Part shown: one piece after another, positions 9,950-19,483 of the stretch
Numbering within the stretch: position 1 is the stretch's first letter
How the letters are laid out: each line of letters opens with the position of its first letter
Assembly: GCA_043813525.1 (NCBI GenBank)
Contig: JBDRKY010000046.1
Coordinates: 13,053 to 77,052, forward strand
DNA: 64,000 bases
Source: Candidatus Woesearchaeota archaeon
Lineage (GTDB): Archaea; Nanobdellota; Nanobdellia; Woesearchaeales; DSVV01
Reading direction: 5' to 3'
Notes under the pieces: generated by a model
Told to the model about the DNA's origin: nothing
The model's database searches: none
The model's input: the letters and a program-made list of their open reading frames with translations, nothing else
Made by a program: the position numbers and the translations under genes

Positions 9950-10321
9950 ATGGAATTAGAAATACAAAAACAAAGAGAAACACCGCTTCTTGCAAGAAGA
10001 AGAATTACTGCAATGGTTAATTTTCAGAAAGCAACACCATCAAGAGCAAACATAAGAGATGGGATTGCAAAGAAACTGAATGTTAATGATGAATTAGTCA
10101 TTGTAAGGCATATTTATACAAAATATGGTAAGAATGAAGCAAAGGTAATTGCTCATGTTTATAAAGATAATAAGTTTATAGAGAAGCTTGAAGGTAAAGC
10201 TCTTTTAGAAAAGCATGGAAAAAAAGCTAAAGAAGGTAAAGAAGAGGCTGATACACTTAAAGAAGCACCTGCTGAAACTAAGAAAGAAGAAAATAAGCCA
10301 ACAGAAGAAAATAAAAAATAA
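9950..10321 (+). CDS. rps24e: 30S ribosomal protein S24e
   Basis: PLLARRRI, ATPSR, IYTKYG..AHVY; operon context. Confidence 0.93.
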   Translation: MELEIQKQRETPLLARRRITAMVNFQKATPSRANIRDGIAKKLNVNDELVIVRHIYTKYGKNEAKVIAHVYKDNKFIEKLEGKALLEKHGKKAKEGKEEADTLKEAPAETKKEENKPTEENKK

Positions 10322-10336
10322 AGAAGGTAACTTAAA

Positions 10337-10522
10337 ATGGGGAAGAAAAAAAGAAATCCAAAAAAAACATCAAAAGTATCTAATAATTACAAAGTTTCTG
10401 GTGATAAACTGGAAAGAAAAAACAAATTCTGCCCTAAATGCGGCAAAGGTGTATTCATGGCTGAACACAAGAACAGGAACACATGCGGCAAATGCGGATA
10501 TATGGAAAAGAAAAGTAAGTAA
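10337..10522 (+). CDS. rps27ae: 30S ribosomal protein S27ae (eS31)
   Basis: RKNKFCPKCGKGVFMAEH..RNTCGKCGY. Confidence 0.95.
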   Translation: MGKKKRNPKKTSKVSNNYKVSGDKLERKNKFCPKCGKGVFMAEHKNRNTCGKCGYMEKKSK

Positions 10523-10524
10523 AA

Positions 10525-11415
10525 CTAATCTTCATCCTGGCTCTGGAATGCCAGCAGATCTTCTGTTGTCAGCTTTTTTCCGCTCTTTAGTTTTTCATTA
10601 ACCTCTTTTCTTTTCTCTTCAAGGGTCTTGTTCTGCTTCTCTTTTCTGATCTCCTTGACCTCTTCCCTGTTCATATCAAGCTTTCCATATAATATATTCA
10701 TCTCCCTTAATTCATCTTTCAGCTGATCATTTATCTCATTGAACTGTTTTTTATAGAGAATAAACTTATCCATGGCATCTTTCTCTTTCTTCTTAAGATC
10801 TTTTATTATCTTAGATGATTCGATAAGAATCTCATGCCTTTCCTGGCTTTGGTTTGCTTGTACTTGTATTTTTCTATGAAATGTGTTTGCCTCTTTTCTT
10901 AATTCATCCACTTCTTTTGAAAGCGGATGTATCTTTTTCCAGACTGAACTGACCTTCTCAACATCTTTATATCTTTTCCTCAGCTCATTTATCTCTTTCA
11001 TAAGAACTTTTTCCTTATCAAAACTCATAACACTTGTCTCAAGCTTATATTCAAGCTGATCTATTTGTTTTTTTATAGATATAGGGTCACCTTTGATGTT
11101 ATGTTTCTTGACGATAGCATCTTTTTCAAGCTCAAGTTTCTTCAGCTCATCAACTTTCTCTTTAATTTTCTTATTCAAATCATTTCTGTTTCCTTTGTTC
11201 TTCTTGACAGTATCTGTAAGCCCGTCTCTTTTGCCTTTAGCATCTTTCAGTTGAGCTATAGCAGCCTTAATGTCCTGAGAAGTCTTATTCTTCTTTTCAA
11301 AGGCATCTTCTTTCTGCTGATTAACATCATTAAGTTTAGAACGAAGCTCTTTAATAAGCTCTTTTTTCTCTTTGACCTTGCTCAATAATACTTTTTTTTC
11401 ATCTTGGCTTAACAT
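10525..11415 (-). CDS. Archaeal coiled-coil protein (COG1340-like)
   Basis: Long heptad pattern; C-terminal KLKSGKKLTTEDLLAFQ. Confidence 0.8.
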   Translation of the reverse strand: MLSQDEKKVLLSKVKEKKELIKELRSKLNDVNQQKEDAFEKKNKTSQDIKAAIAQLKDAKGKRDGLTDTVKKNKGNRNDLNKKIKEKVDELKKLELEKDAIVKKHNIKGDPISIKKQIDQLEYKLETSVMSFDKEKVLMKEINELRKRYKDVEKVSSVWKKIHPLSKEVDELRKEANTFHRKIQVQANQSQERHEILIESSKIIKDLKKKEKDAMDKFILYKKQFNEINDQLKDELREMNILYGKLDMNREEVKEIRKEKQNKTLEEKRKEVNEKLKSGKKLTTEDLLAFQSQDED

Positions 11416-11497
11416 AAGTTCTCACGTTGTTGTGTTAGAAATGTTAATGTTATTCGTATGAAAACGCTTAACATCTAACATCTAACTTAAAAATAAT

Positions 11498-11794
11498 TTA
11501 TCCAAACAAACTGCCTAATCCTGCAGCTGCCTGACTATCATCTTTTTTCTCTTCTTTTTTCTTCTCTTCTTTTGGCGCTTCTGCACTTGCTGCTACTGGC
11601 GCTGCTGCGACTGGCGCTACTGCTGCCTTCTTGACTGCTTCATCAATATTGACTCCATCCAAAGAAGCAACCAAAGCTTTAACACGAGCATCATCAACCT
11701 TAGAACCTGCAGCCTCCAAAACTTTTTTAACTGATTGTTCATCTACTTTTTGTCCTAATTTGTGCAATAACATTGCAGCGTATATGTATTCCAT
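11498..11794 (-). CDS. rpl12: 50S ribosomal protein L12 (P1)
   Basis: [11 protein letters not shown]...[10 protein letters not shown]. Confidence 0.97.
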   Translation of the reverse strand: MEYIYAAMLLHKLGQKVDEQSVKKVLEAAGSKVDDARVKALVASLDGVNIDEAVKKAAVAPVAAAPVAASAEAPKEEKKKEEKKDDSQAAAGLGSLFG

Positions 11795-11833
11795 TTTATT
11801 ACCTCCTGTAAATTTAATTCAATTTTTATTGTT

Positions 11834-12706
11834 TTACTTCTGTACCTCTGCTTTTAGGCTTGCTGCCTGAGCTTCTGCTTTTGCAAGCAGCTCTCCAACT
11901 ACAGCGTCTGCCATAAAGTTTGCATCCAAAGCAACTGCTTTTGAATCATTAAATGCTTTTTGTAATAATACTTCAATAGTATCATTGCAAGCATAAGCTA
12001 TCTCTACTGCAAGATTGATTCCTGATGCACCAGCTTCCATCAATCTTCTCATGAACTCATCCTCATCTATCGCAAGGACATCTTTAGTATAGATTGTTCC
12101 ATCTTCATAGACAGCAGTTATTGCAAGGCCAATCTCCATAGGCTCAATTCCTAACCTTGTCAGGATACCTGCAGTCATTGCATTAATCTCCTTGCCTTCC
12201 TTGACAACAATAGAATCTGCCTTAACAACAACCTTGCCATTATCAATACCAGCTTTTATGCCAATCTGACCAAGTTCACCAATGATAGGGCCTGGTGCAA
12301 AACTAGTTGGTCCTGCTTTGACAACAATATCTTTTGGAGCTTTCTGACCTGCTTTTGCTGGAGCGCTTGATTTGCTCTTTTCAAGAATATTATAAAGCTT
12401 GAATGGATTCTCTTTTGTGAACAACAAAGCAGGCATACCTTTAAGATAAGGAACAATACCTTCAATTTCCTTGACATCATTTTTAATCTGATCAAGAGCA
12501 ATCTTCATCAGCCTTCTCTTGGTCATCCTGATGACGCAGCTGTCTCTTAATGAAGCTCTCATCTGCTGAAGCTGTTTTGTTGGCAGATTTTCCATGTTAA
12601 GAGCAGCAACAATCGGATAACTTTTTAATAAATCCTTAAACTCTTTCACAACTTTAATCTTGGTTGGAGAATCTTTCCCAGTGGCTGTTTTTTTATCTTC
12701 TGTCAT
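11834..12706 (-). CDS. rplP0: 50S ribosomal protein L10 (P0)
   Basis: APAKAG, GPTSFAPGPIIGEL, LGIEPMEIG. Confidence 0.96.
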   Translation of the reverse strand: MTEDKKTATGKDSPTKIKVVKEFKDLLKSYPIVAALNMENLPTKQLQQMRASLRDSCVIRMTKRRLMKIALDQIKNDVKEIEGIVPYLKGMPALLFTKENPFKLYNILEKSKSSAPAKAGQKAPKDIVVKAGPTSFAPGPIIGELGQIGIKAGIDNGKVVVKADSIVVKEGKEINAMTAGILTRLGIEPMEIGLAITAVYEDGTIYTKDVLAIDEDEFMRRLMEAGASGINLAVEIAYACNDTIEVLLQKAFNDSKAVALDANFMADAVVGELLAKAEAQAASLKAEVQK

Positions 12707-12707
12707 C

Positions 12708-13358
12708 TTATGCCACCTTCACTGGTTTTCCCATTGTAAATTTAAGGAAGATAGATCTAATATTATTATCATGTGTTGGCAGGTGATGTACAAGCTGGCT
12801 GTAGATAGTAAGTATGTTATCAATCACTTCTTCATCCTTCATAGTTTCGTTACCAACAGCACATTGAACCATCAATGATGTCTTTGCCATGATCCTGATT
12901 GTCTTCTGAAGCTTATCATACAATGGCTTAAGCTGAACCTTAGGAGGCACAACACATCCTGCCTTTGGGTTTGGCATCTTTCCTCTTGGCCCAAGAACCT
13001 TACCAAAAGCACCTGCAACCTTCCCCATTATATTTGCCTGAGCAACAAAATAATCATGTTCCTCAGCTAATTTTTTTGCAGCTTTCTTATCAGAATATTT
13101 TGGGAAATCATCAACTGTCAGCATAGTATCACATACATCCTTAGCTTCATCCTTAAGCTCTGGCCCTACAAGAGCACAGATCTTTACTTTCTTACCTCTT
13201 GTAAAATGCAATGTAGTATAGAAATCTATCTGTTGTTCTATCTTTTTCATATCAAGATTCTGCAAAGTGATGATAAGGTCATAACTCTGAGAGAATTTTC
13301 TTTTCTTATTGTTCTTCTTTAGCTCTTCTATAGCTTTTTTTATCTTATCTTTATCCAT
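12708..13358 (-). CDS. rpl1: 50S ribosomal protein L1
   Basis: KRKFSQSYDLII.L, GKVLGPRGKMP, KFTMGKP; GAGGTG RBS favours ATG at 13358. Confidence 0.96.
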   Translation of the reverse strand: MDKDKIKKAIEELKKNNKKRKFSQSYDLIITLQNLDMKKIEQQIDFYTTLHFTRGKKVKICALVGPELKDEAKDVCDTMLTVDDFPKYSDKKAAKKLAEEHDYFVAQANIMGKVAGAFGKVLGPRGKMPNPKAGCVVPPKVQLKPLYDKLQKTIRIMAKTSLMVQCAVGNETMKDEEVIDNILTIYSQLVHHLPTHDNNIRSIFLKFTMGKPVKVA

Positions 13359-13529
13359 TAAAAGCACCTCATTGCCCCACTATTGCAGTTATAGCCTAAA
13401 CTTCCTAAATTTGAATATGCAATAGTCATTGGGATTTGAGTAATCTCAATAATAGATATGAATAAAGGGGTTATTTATAAAGTTTGTTATCATAAACTTT
13501 ATATACCACTTAACCAATAATTAGCAGAT

Positions 13530-14171
13530 ATGACTAAAACAAATATAAACAGACAAATTTGGAATATTATTTCAAGAGATATTGCGTTACAGAAATGTTT
13601 GAAGGATGAGATTATCAATAACAGAGCTTTAGCAAAGTTTCTTATCAAGAAGCATAATCTTACTTATTCTTTGGATGCTGTTCTTTCTGCTGTCAGGCGA
13701 TATGTAGGGGAAGAGTTTGAGGAGCATGCTGAAGAGATTGAAGAGGCTTTTAGCAAGATAATCATACTCACAAAGAATAATATAGCGTCAATAAAATTAA
13801 AGAGTGATTCATTTACTAATATTGCTAATGACCACCTCACAAAACAAGCATTGAAATTCAATTTCAGGATGGCAAAGACAAAAGAGATCATCAAGCTAAT
13901 AGTCAACCAAAAAGATATTGAAAAGAAACTGCATACATTTGACCAGCAGTACATTCTTGATGTGACAATGAATCTTTGTGAGATCAGGATAATGTTAGAT
14001 AAAGATGCAACTTATGTAAGAGGATTTATCTCAAGAATATCCAATGAGCTTGCCCTGCATGATGTGAATATACATGACATAATAATTGCAGTACCTGAAA
14101 TCCTGATTTATGTTGACGAGAAAGAGCTGATCAATGCTCAGAAATGCCTGATGGAATTAAAGAACAGTTAA
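13530..14171 (+). CDS. Archaeal HTH/ACT-domain-containing protein
   Basis: IINNRALAK..AVLSAVRRY N-terminus; ACT-like GFISRISNELALHDVNI. Confidence 0.7.
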   Translation: MTKTNINRQIWNIISRDIALQKCLKDEIINNRALAKFLIKKHNLTYSLDAVLSAVRRYVGEEFEEHAEEIEEAFSKIIILTKNNIASIKLKSDSFTNIANDHLTKQALKFNFRMAKTKEIIKLIVNQKDIEKKLHTFDQQYILDVTMNLCEIRIMLDKDATYVRGFISRISNELALHDVNIHDIIIAVPEILIYVDEKELINAQKCLMELKNS

Positions 14172-14202
14172 GCATATATGATTAAATATATTTACTTAGA
14201 TA

Positions 14203-14964
14203 TTAAGTTAATTGATATAAATCATTTGAATCATATCTATCCATATTATCACTGCCACGCATGTTTCTTATAGCAAGCACCTCGTCATAGTGGTTATAGA
14301 TACCCATCATCTTTGCAACCTTTTCAGCAGCAATCTGATCATGCACAAGATGCCTTGAGAGAGCTGCTTTCCCAAACTCAGCAGTAAAGAATGCATCTAC
14401 GCTTTGAAGATGAATATCTATTGGAACCATTCCCCTATCACCAAGAGAATAGAGAACAACCAGATGTTCTGCTTCATATCCTGAAGGTTTCATACCATAA
14501 ACATTTTCAGGATTATAGCCAGCAGGAATATCTAAATCATCTCTGTAAAATTTGGCCTTGTCAGGCAAAGTTTCAAAATGATCTTCAAGCCATGGTCTTA
14601 CATAATTATCAACAACATCCCAATCCTTACTCACAACTGATAAACCATAAAAATCATAGACTGGCTTACCACTTAATACTTTTTCAAGCACCCTATCAGC
14701 AGATTTGATTCTGGTCTTTACTAATCTATGATCATCTCTTACTATATTATCAGGAAAAAAATAAGATACATTACCATTATGAAGAGATCTTACTGGTCTG
14801 TTTAATAAACGAGCAATTACTTCATCTCTGAATTCATCAAGAAATGGCTCTCCTTCATCTATAACAGCCTGAAGCATGAATCTTGAATAATCAGTAAATA
14901 AACCTGCTTCTAAAAAATCATTAACATCTTCTGAATAATTAATAGCTTTTTGCATTTTCTCCAA
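14203..14964 (-). CDS. RelA/SpoT synthetase-like nucleotidyltransferase domain protein (divergent)
   Basis: RIKSADRVLEK, DFYGLSVV, KPSGYEAEHL, PIDIHLQS, AEFGKAA match SYNTH motif order. Start uncertain. Confidence 0.6.
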   Translation of the reverse strand: MEKMQKAINYSEDVNDFLEAGLFTDYSRFMLQAVIDEGEPFLDEFRDEVIARLLNRPVRSLHNGNVSYFFPDNIVRDDHRLVKTRIKSADRVLEKVLSGKPVYDFYGLSVVSKDWDVVDNYVRPWLEDHFETLPDKAKFYRDDLDIPAGYNPENVYGMKPSGYEAEHLVVLYSLGDRGMVPIDIHLQSVDAFFTAEFGKAALSRHLVHDQIAAEKVAKMMGIYNHYDEVLAIRNMRGSDNMDRYDSNDLYQLT

Positions 14965-15264
14965 AATTTTCAGTTATTTTCAGTTATTTTTTCAATTATC
15001 TACAAGTTCTGCTATATTTTCAACAGACATCAGTATCATAAAATAATATACTAACATACAAATAATATCAATTATACTTTTTTGTTTCTTACCAATATAC
15101 ATTTTAACACACAGTTCATTAGTTAGTAGTCAATTAAGCTATCTAATTATGATTATAAATCATATAATACTATATAAACATATTGACCAAAGATGAGTAA
15201 ATTAATTAATATTGACTAAAATAGAAATAATGTGACTAAAATAAAATATTTAAATTAAGTTGAT

Positions 15265-15427
15265 AAGTTATATCCTCAGTTTGACAAGTGTCAAACTTCG
15301 AAGCAATTTATTTATCAAGCCCTTTCAGGGCATATAAATAAATTGTTAGCATCTTAAAACAAAAAACATAATGCAATGTTTCATTAAATTATGCTTAATT
15401 TTTATGTAATTCGCACAAAACGCTAGT
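15265..15427. repeat. Palindromic miniature element family G, truncated copy
   Basis: AGTTTGAC-AAGT-GTCAAACT hairpin 15278-15297 and long hairpin 15304-15345. Segments shared with 30597-30781, 37427-37466 and 47294-47384. Confidence 0.75.
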
Positions 15428-15463
15428 TTCAACACATTCTTTCCAACTCATTTCATTAGCCAT
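15428..15463 (-). pseudogene. 5' remnant of probable HEPN toxin gene
   Basis: MANEMSWKECVE directly downstream of the MNT gene, cut off at the repeat junction. Confidence 0.45.
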
Positions 15464-15466
15464 TTT

Positions 15467-16003
15467 TTAACCCTCATTAATACGGGTAAAACCATATAAT
15501 ATAACACCATTAAGGATATTGTTTCTTAATTCTTTTGAAAGATTGTTAAGATTTGGTTCAAAAAGAAGATTAATTTTCCTGTTTAATTGTTTTTCATATT
15601 TTGCTATGTTAAGTTTTGATTCTTTCGCTTCAACAAAAATATCAATATCACTTTTTTCTGTAAATGTGGCTTTCGCACCACTACCAAATAAAATTATTGA
15701 GGATGGCAAGGTTGTTTTTTGAATTTGCTCAATCAAGTTAGAATCCATTATCTTTAATATTAAATAATTCTTTTTGTGGAATTTGTATTTTTGATTTTGA
15801 GTATTGGCAAAATATGTCGGATAAAGTGTTTCTTCTTTCTTTTTGATAAATCCTAATCTTTCAAGATCATTAATGTACTTTAGAACAGTTGCATGGCTAA
15901 GCTTCAAATGACGAGCAATACCTCTTACAGAAAAGTCTTTAGTAGGAAATTCTATAAAGAGTTCCAATATTCTATATGTGTTGTTTTTGAATATTTCATC
16001 CAT
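15467..16003 (-). CDS. wHTH + minimal nucleotidyltransferase (MNT antitoxin-like)
   Basis: FSVRGIARHLKLSHATV HTH; ILFGSGAK...SDIDIFV. Confidence 0.88.
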   Translation of the reverse strand: MDEIFKNNTYRILELFIEFPTKDFSVRGIARHLKLSHATVLKYINDLERLGFIKKKEETLYPTYFANTQNQKYKFHKKNYLILKIMDSNLIEQIQKTTLPSSIILFGSGAKATFTEKSDIDIFVEAKESKLNIAKYEKQLNRKINLLFEPNLNNLSKELRNNILNGVILYGFTRINEG

Positions 16004-16133
16004 TTTACCGCTTGGTTAATTATTTGACCAGTTGGTTATAAAAATGACCACTTCTTTAAAAAGGTTGTGTTTTGTTGTTATTATTGTTAAGTGACAAATT
16101 AAGCGAAAACTTTATAAATGACATACAAAAAAA

Positions 16134-17999
16134 CTAATAATTGACCAGTATCTCTACATCCTTGCCAAAGATATCTTTCAGGTTCTCAAAGATTGGCTCT
16201 TTGATGAATACTTTTGGTGGAATCTCTATCTTTGCAAGATGTTTTTCAAGATCTTCCAGGGTAGCAGGCTCTGTTGTTCCTATGCTGCCGTCTTTGTTGA
16301 TCTTTGCCTTGCTGATCTCTTTGTCTTTATGGTCAATATCATGTATGATAAATGCAACATCATCTAATAATAATACTTCACCATATCTGCTGCCATGCTT
16401 GACTCTGATCTTTGTCCTCTCTAATTCCCTTCCTCTTTTTCTCTGCATGTATTCAACAAGGAATTTGATCAGCTCTCTTGAAGATTTTCTGGTCTGCTCA
16501 ACTTCTGTTTTTCCAAGTTTGCCAGCATCATAATTCTTCTTTGCTTTGATTATTTCGTCAAGCATTCTTAGGTATTTTTGCGGGATAAGGCCTTTATGAA
16601 CCATTTCGTCTTCAAATATTTGGAGCATATCTAAATCTTTTACCTTTTCAACGCCTTCTAACCTTAAGATGTCTCTCACAATTGTAACAACTGATTCATA
16701 TATATGGACAACTGAATCCTTCTCTTTCATCAGCTCAATCTGTGTGAACAGTTTCTTGATTCTTTTTAAGAACTTGTCAGCATCTGATAACAGCTGATCA
16801 ACTTCTTTTCCAGATAATTTTTCCATAGTACCATGTTCAAGATCTTTTCTGATCTGGATATTATGTTCAAGTATTTTCACAAACTCTTCTTCAAGAAGCT
16901 TTTCTTTCTTAACAAATACTTCTCTTAGCAGTTTTGCAGTCTCTCTTGGAGCAGGCGGTGGAACACCATATAACATCAATGCAGCCTGTGACGGCGTCAA
17001 AATAGCATAATATGTGTCTTCCATACCAATTTCTTTGATTTTAAAGTTAACTCTTTTTAGCATCTGCTCACCAGAGTTCATAAACATATCAATCGCTTCA
17101 ATTGACGGCTTTATCTTGCCCATCCTGAGCAACTGTTTCCATGGCATAAATATTCCTCTGTCAAAGAATGGCACACCATCTCTCAATAATGTGAAGATGA
17201 TCGGGTTTGCTTCTTTTAATGAATCCCAGAAATCTGTCAATATGTAAACCTGTATGTTTATCTTGTTCTTGATGCCTGTGATTTCGCCAGCTTCAATACC
17301 CATGCCTATGATTATGGCCCTAAGCTTATCTTTAAGCTCTGCTCTTGTCATTCTTTTAACATCTGTATCATCAATGACAATGAAAACATCAATATCACTT
17401 GTAGGTGTTGCCTGTCCTCTGACTAAGCTTCCACTTAATACATAAGTCACAATATATTTCTCAAACTTTTTCAGTACCATATTTTTATGTACTTCAGAAA
17501 TCTTGACTGCACTTAACATACCAGTATCATAGATTGGAGCTGATAATGCGATCATCTGTAAAAGATCTCTTTTTCCGTCATAACAACTCTGCCATAATTC
17601 TGAGAATATGACTGTCTGAGGATAAAGGTTTTTGTCAATCTCCTGCGCCATATTGTCAATGATCGTATGTAATTTTTGCTTTAATTCCTGTTTTGACATC
17701 TTTTTAGAATCATTATCATCTACAAGAACTAAAACATTGATCTTTTCTGTATCTGGCTTTTCTCCTTCTTTTGGCTTTTCAGGAGGCAGTAATGCGATAC
17801 CTGCGATATATTTGTCAAACTTCTCAACAACTTTACTCTTGAATTTCTCTAATTTTCCTTTGATAACATCTAACTTTTCCTGTGCTTCTTTGCTCAAAGG
17901 AGGCATTCCCAGAGGCATTTGCTGCGCTGGAGCTCCTTTTGGAACAGGTGTAACACTTTTAGGTTGTGCCTTAATTGGTTTACTTGTTTTTTTTGCCAT
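16134..17999 (-). CDS. Tandem nucleotidyltransferase-domain + HEPN-like protein
   Basis: Degenerate first NTase (INVLVLVDD), intact second (LSGSLVRG...SDIDVFIVIDD), then YYAILTPSQAALML...IRKDLEHG. Confidence 0.75.
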   Translation of the reverse strand: MAKKTSKPIKAQPKSVTPVPKGAPAQQMPLGMPPLSKEAQEKLDVIKGKLEKFKSKVVEKFDKYIAGIALLPPEKPKEGEKPDTEKINVLVLVDDNDSKKMSKQELKQKLHTIIDNMAQEIDKNLYPQTVIFSELWQSCYDGKRDLLQMIALSAPIYDTGMLSAVKISEVHKNMVLKKFEKYIVTYVLSGSLVRGQATPTSDIDVFIVIDDTDVKRMTRAELKDKLRAIIIGMGIEAGEITGIKNKINIQVYILTDFWDSLKEANPIIFTLLRDGVPFFDRGIFMPWKQLLRMGKIKPSIEAIDMFMNSGEQMLKRVNFKIKEIGMEDTYYAILTPSQAALMLYGVPPPAPRETAKLLREVFVKKEKLLEEEFVKILEHNIQIRKDLEHGTMEKLSGKEVDQLLSDADKFLKRIKKLFTQIELMKEKDSVVHIYESVVTIVRDILRLEGVEKVKDLDMLQIFEDEMVHKGLIPQKYLRMLDEIIKAKKNYDAGKLGKTEVEQTRKSSRELIKFLVEYMQRKRGRELERTKIRVKHGSRYGEVLLLDDVAFIIHDIDHKDKEISKAKINKDGSIGTTEPATLEDLEKHLAKIEIPPKVFIKEPIFENLKDIFGKDVEILVNY

Positions 18000-18238
18000 T
18001 ATATCACCTTTGTTAATATTTTATGTTCTTTGAAGAATGTTATTCATTATCATCTGTCTTGCGACATCTATATACTCAATCATATAGGTCAATTATATAA
18101 TATATAAATAATTGTTTGTTTTAGGATATATATATGGGGCAAAAATGTCATAATTTAGTGTTTTTTGGTGTGTTTAACTACTATTAAATAATAAATCATA
18201 TTTTTAAAGAATAATCTTTTTTTAGAACAAAAAGAAAG

Positions 18239-18613
18239 ATGAAATTAAAGCCAGAAGACAGATTAAATAGGAACATAACTCCTGAGAAGCTTGCTAAATA
18301 TTTTGATGTCACAGGCAGAGCCTTGAAGAAAGTAAAGATTGTCTCCAAAGTATTTATGAGAGCAGATTGTAACCTGTCAAGAGATATTAAAGAAGAATTT
18401 GATTTCAAGAAACATGCTGAAGATTTCTTAGATATGGCACAGCGTTATTATTCAGATGCAAAACATTTTGAAGAGAATGGAGATATTGTAAATGCGTTTG
18501 CATGCCTTAATTATGCTCATGGATGGTTAGATGCTGGTGCAAGATTGGGTCTGTTTGATGTTGATGGGGATAATGTTCTTTTTACTGTTGATGTAAAGGA
18601 AGATAAATTATAA
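18239..18613 (+). CDS. DUF357 family protein
   Basis: YYSDAKHF..GDIVNAFACLNYAHGWLDAGARLGLF. Confidence 0.9.
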   Translation: MKLKPEDRLNRNITPEKLAKYFDVTGRALKKVKIVSKVFMRADCNLSRDIKEEFDFKKHAEDFLDMAQRYYSDAKHFEENGDIVNAFACLNYAHGWLDAGARLGLFDVDGDNVLFTVDVKEDKL

Positions 18614-19018
18614 TATTTCTTTTATTTCACTACTCTTGTAAACCTTAATCACATCCTGTTGTTTTAGTCTTTTATCATCTGACCATAATATACTATCAGG
18701 ATATGCTAAAACACAAGCAACAAATAATACATCTTTTTTATCAATATCCTTAATTATCTTTAATGCTTTCTCACGATATGGTATAAGAACCTGTGTGGGT
18801 ATAATCATTACTTTTTTTAGAATTATACTTAATAGTTTGTTAAATTCAATAATATTTAATCCTGACTTTTTGAATAATTCATCTTTATATTTTTCCATCT
18901 CTTCAAATATGTAAGAAGGAAATAAGAATGTGCCTTCATATTCTAAAATTATTCTTCTTGTGTATGAATCTTTAATTAAAGCTGAGAAAAGAATATTTGA
19001 ATCAATTACTATATTCAT
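18608..19018 (-). CDS. PIN domain toxin (VapC-like)
   Basis: IVIDSNILFSAL, EE, DKKDVLFVAC, LWSDDKRL. Confidence 0.88.
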   Translation of the reverse strand: MNIVIDSNILFSALIKDSYTRRIILEYEGTFLFPSYIFEEMEKYKDELFKKSGLNIIEFNKLLSIILKKVMIIPTQVLIPYREKALKIIKDIDKKDVLFVACVLAYPDSILWSDDKRLKQQDVIKVYKSSEIKEIL

Positions 19019-19248
19019 GCAAGAAACCTCTTAGAAGCAGCAGATTTTATTTTATTACTGAATTCATCCACATCTTTTTGTGTCAATTTACTTTTTTTCG
19101 CTAGTTTCTCTGCTAAATTAAGTGTTTCTAACTTGTTTATTATAGCTTTTCTTGCTACTTCACTCCATCTTACTTCTGAAAAGTGTTTCATCTCTTGATG
19201 TATATTCTCTGGTATTGAAAGTGTTATATTTCCCATATTTATCACCAC
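19015..19248 (-). CDS. Ribbon-helix-helix antitoxin
   Basis: NITLSIPE..WSEVARKAI; ATGA overlap with the PIN gene. Confidence 0.82.
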   Translation of the reverse strand: MVINMGNITLSIPENIHQEMKHFSEVRWSEVARKAIINKLETLNLAEKLAKKSKLTQKDVDEFSNKIKSAASKRFLA

Positions 19249-19291
19249 ACATATATATGTGATAACACATATTTAAATGTTTTGATTTTTG

Positions 19292-19483
19292 GTATGTAAT
19301 AAGTCTCCTTTCTTGGATATTATTGCCGCCTTATGTTTGTTTTCATCATAATACAGTTCGAAGATATTTATGCTGCGAAAACCTTCTGTTTAACCAGTCT
19401 CGCTTTCAGAATGATAATCATCCAGTTTTCGCTGATGAAAACCAGCTACAATAATATTCTTTTTTAGGAGACTTATTACATAC
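19292..19483. mobile_element. MITE family 1, copy A (192 bp)
   Basis: Perfect 18-bp TIR GTATGTAATAAGTCTCCT. 8-bp flanking direct repeat GATTTTTG (19284-19291, 19484-19491). Near-identical inverted copy at 47102-47293. Confidence 0.88.
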
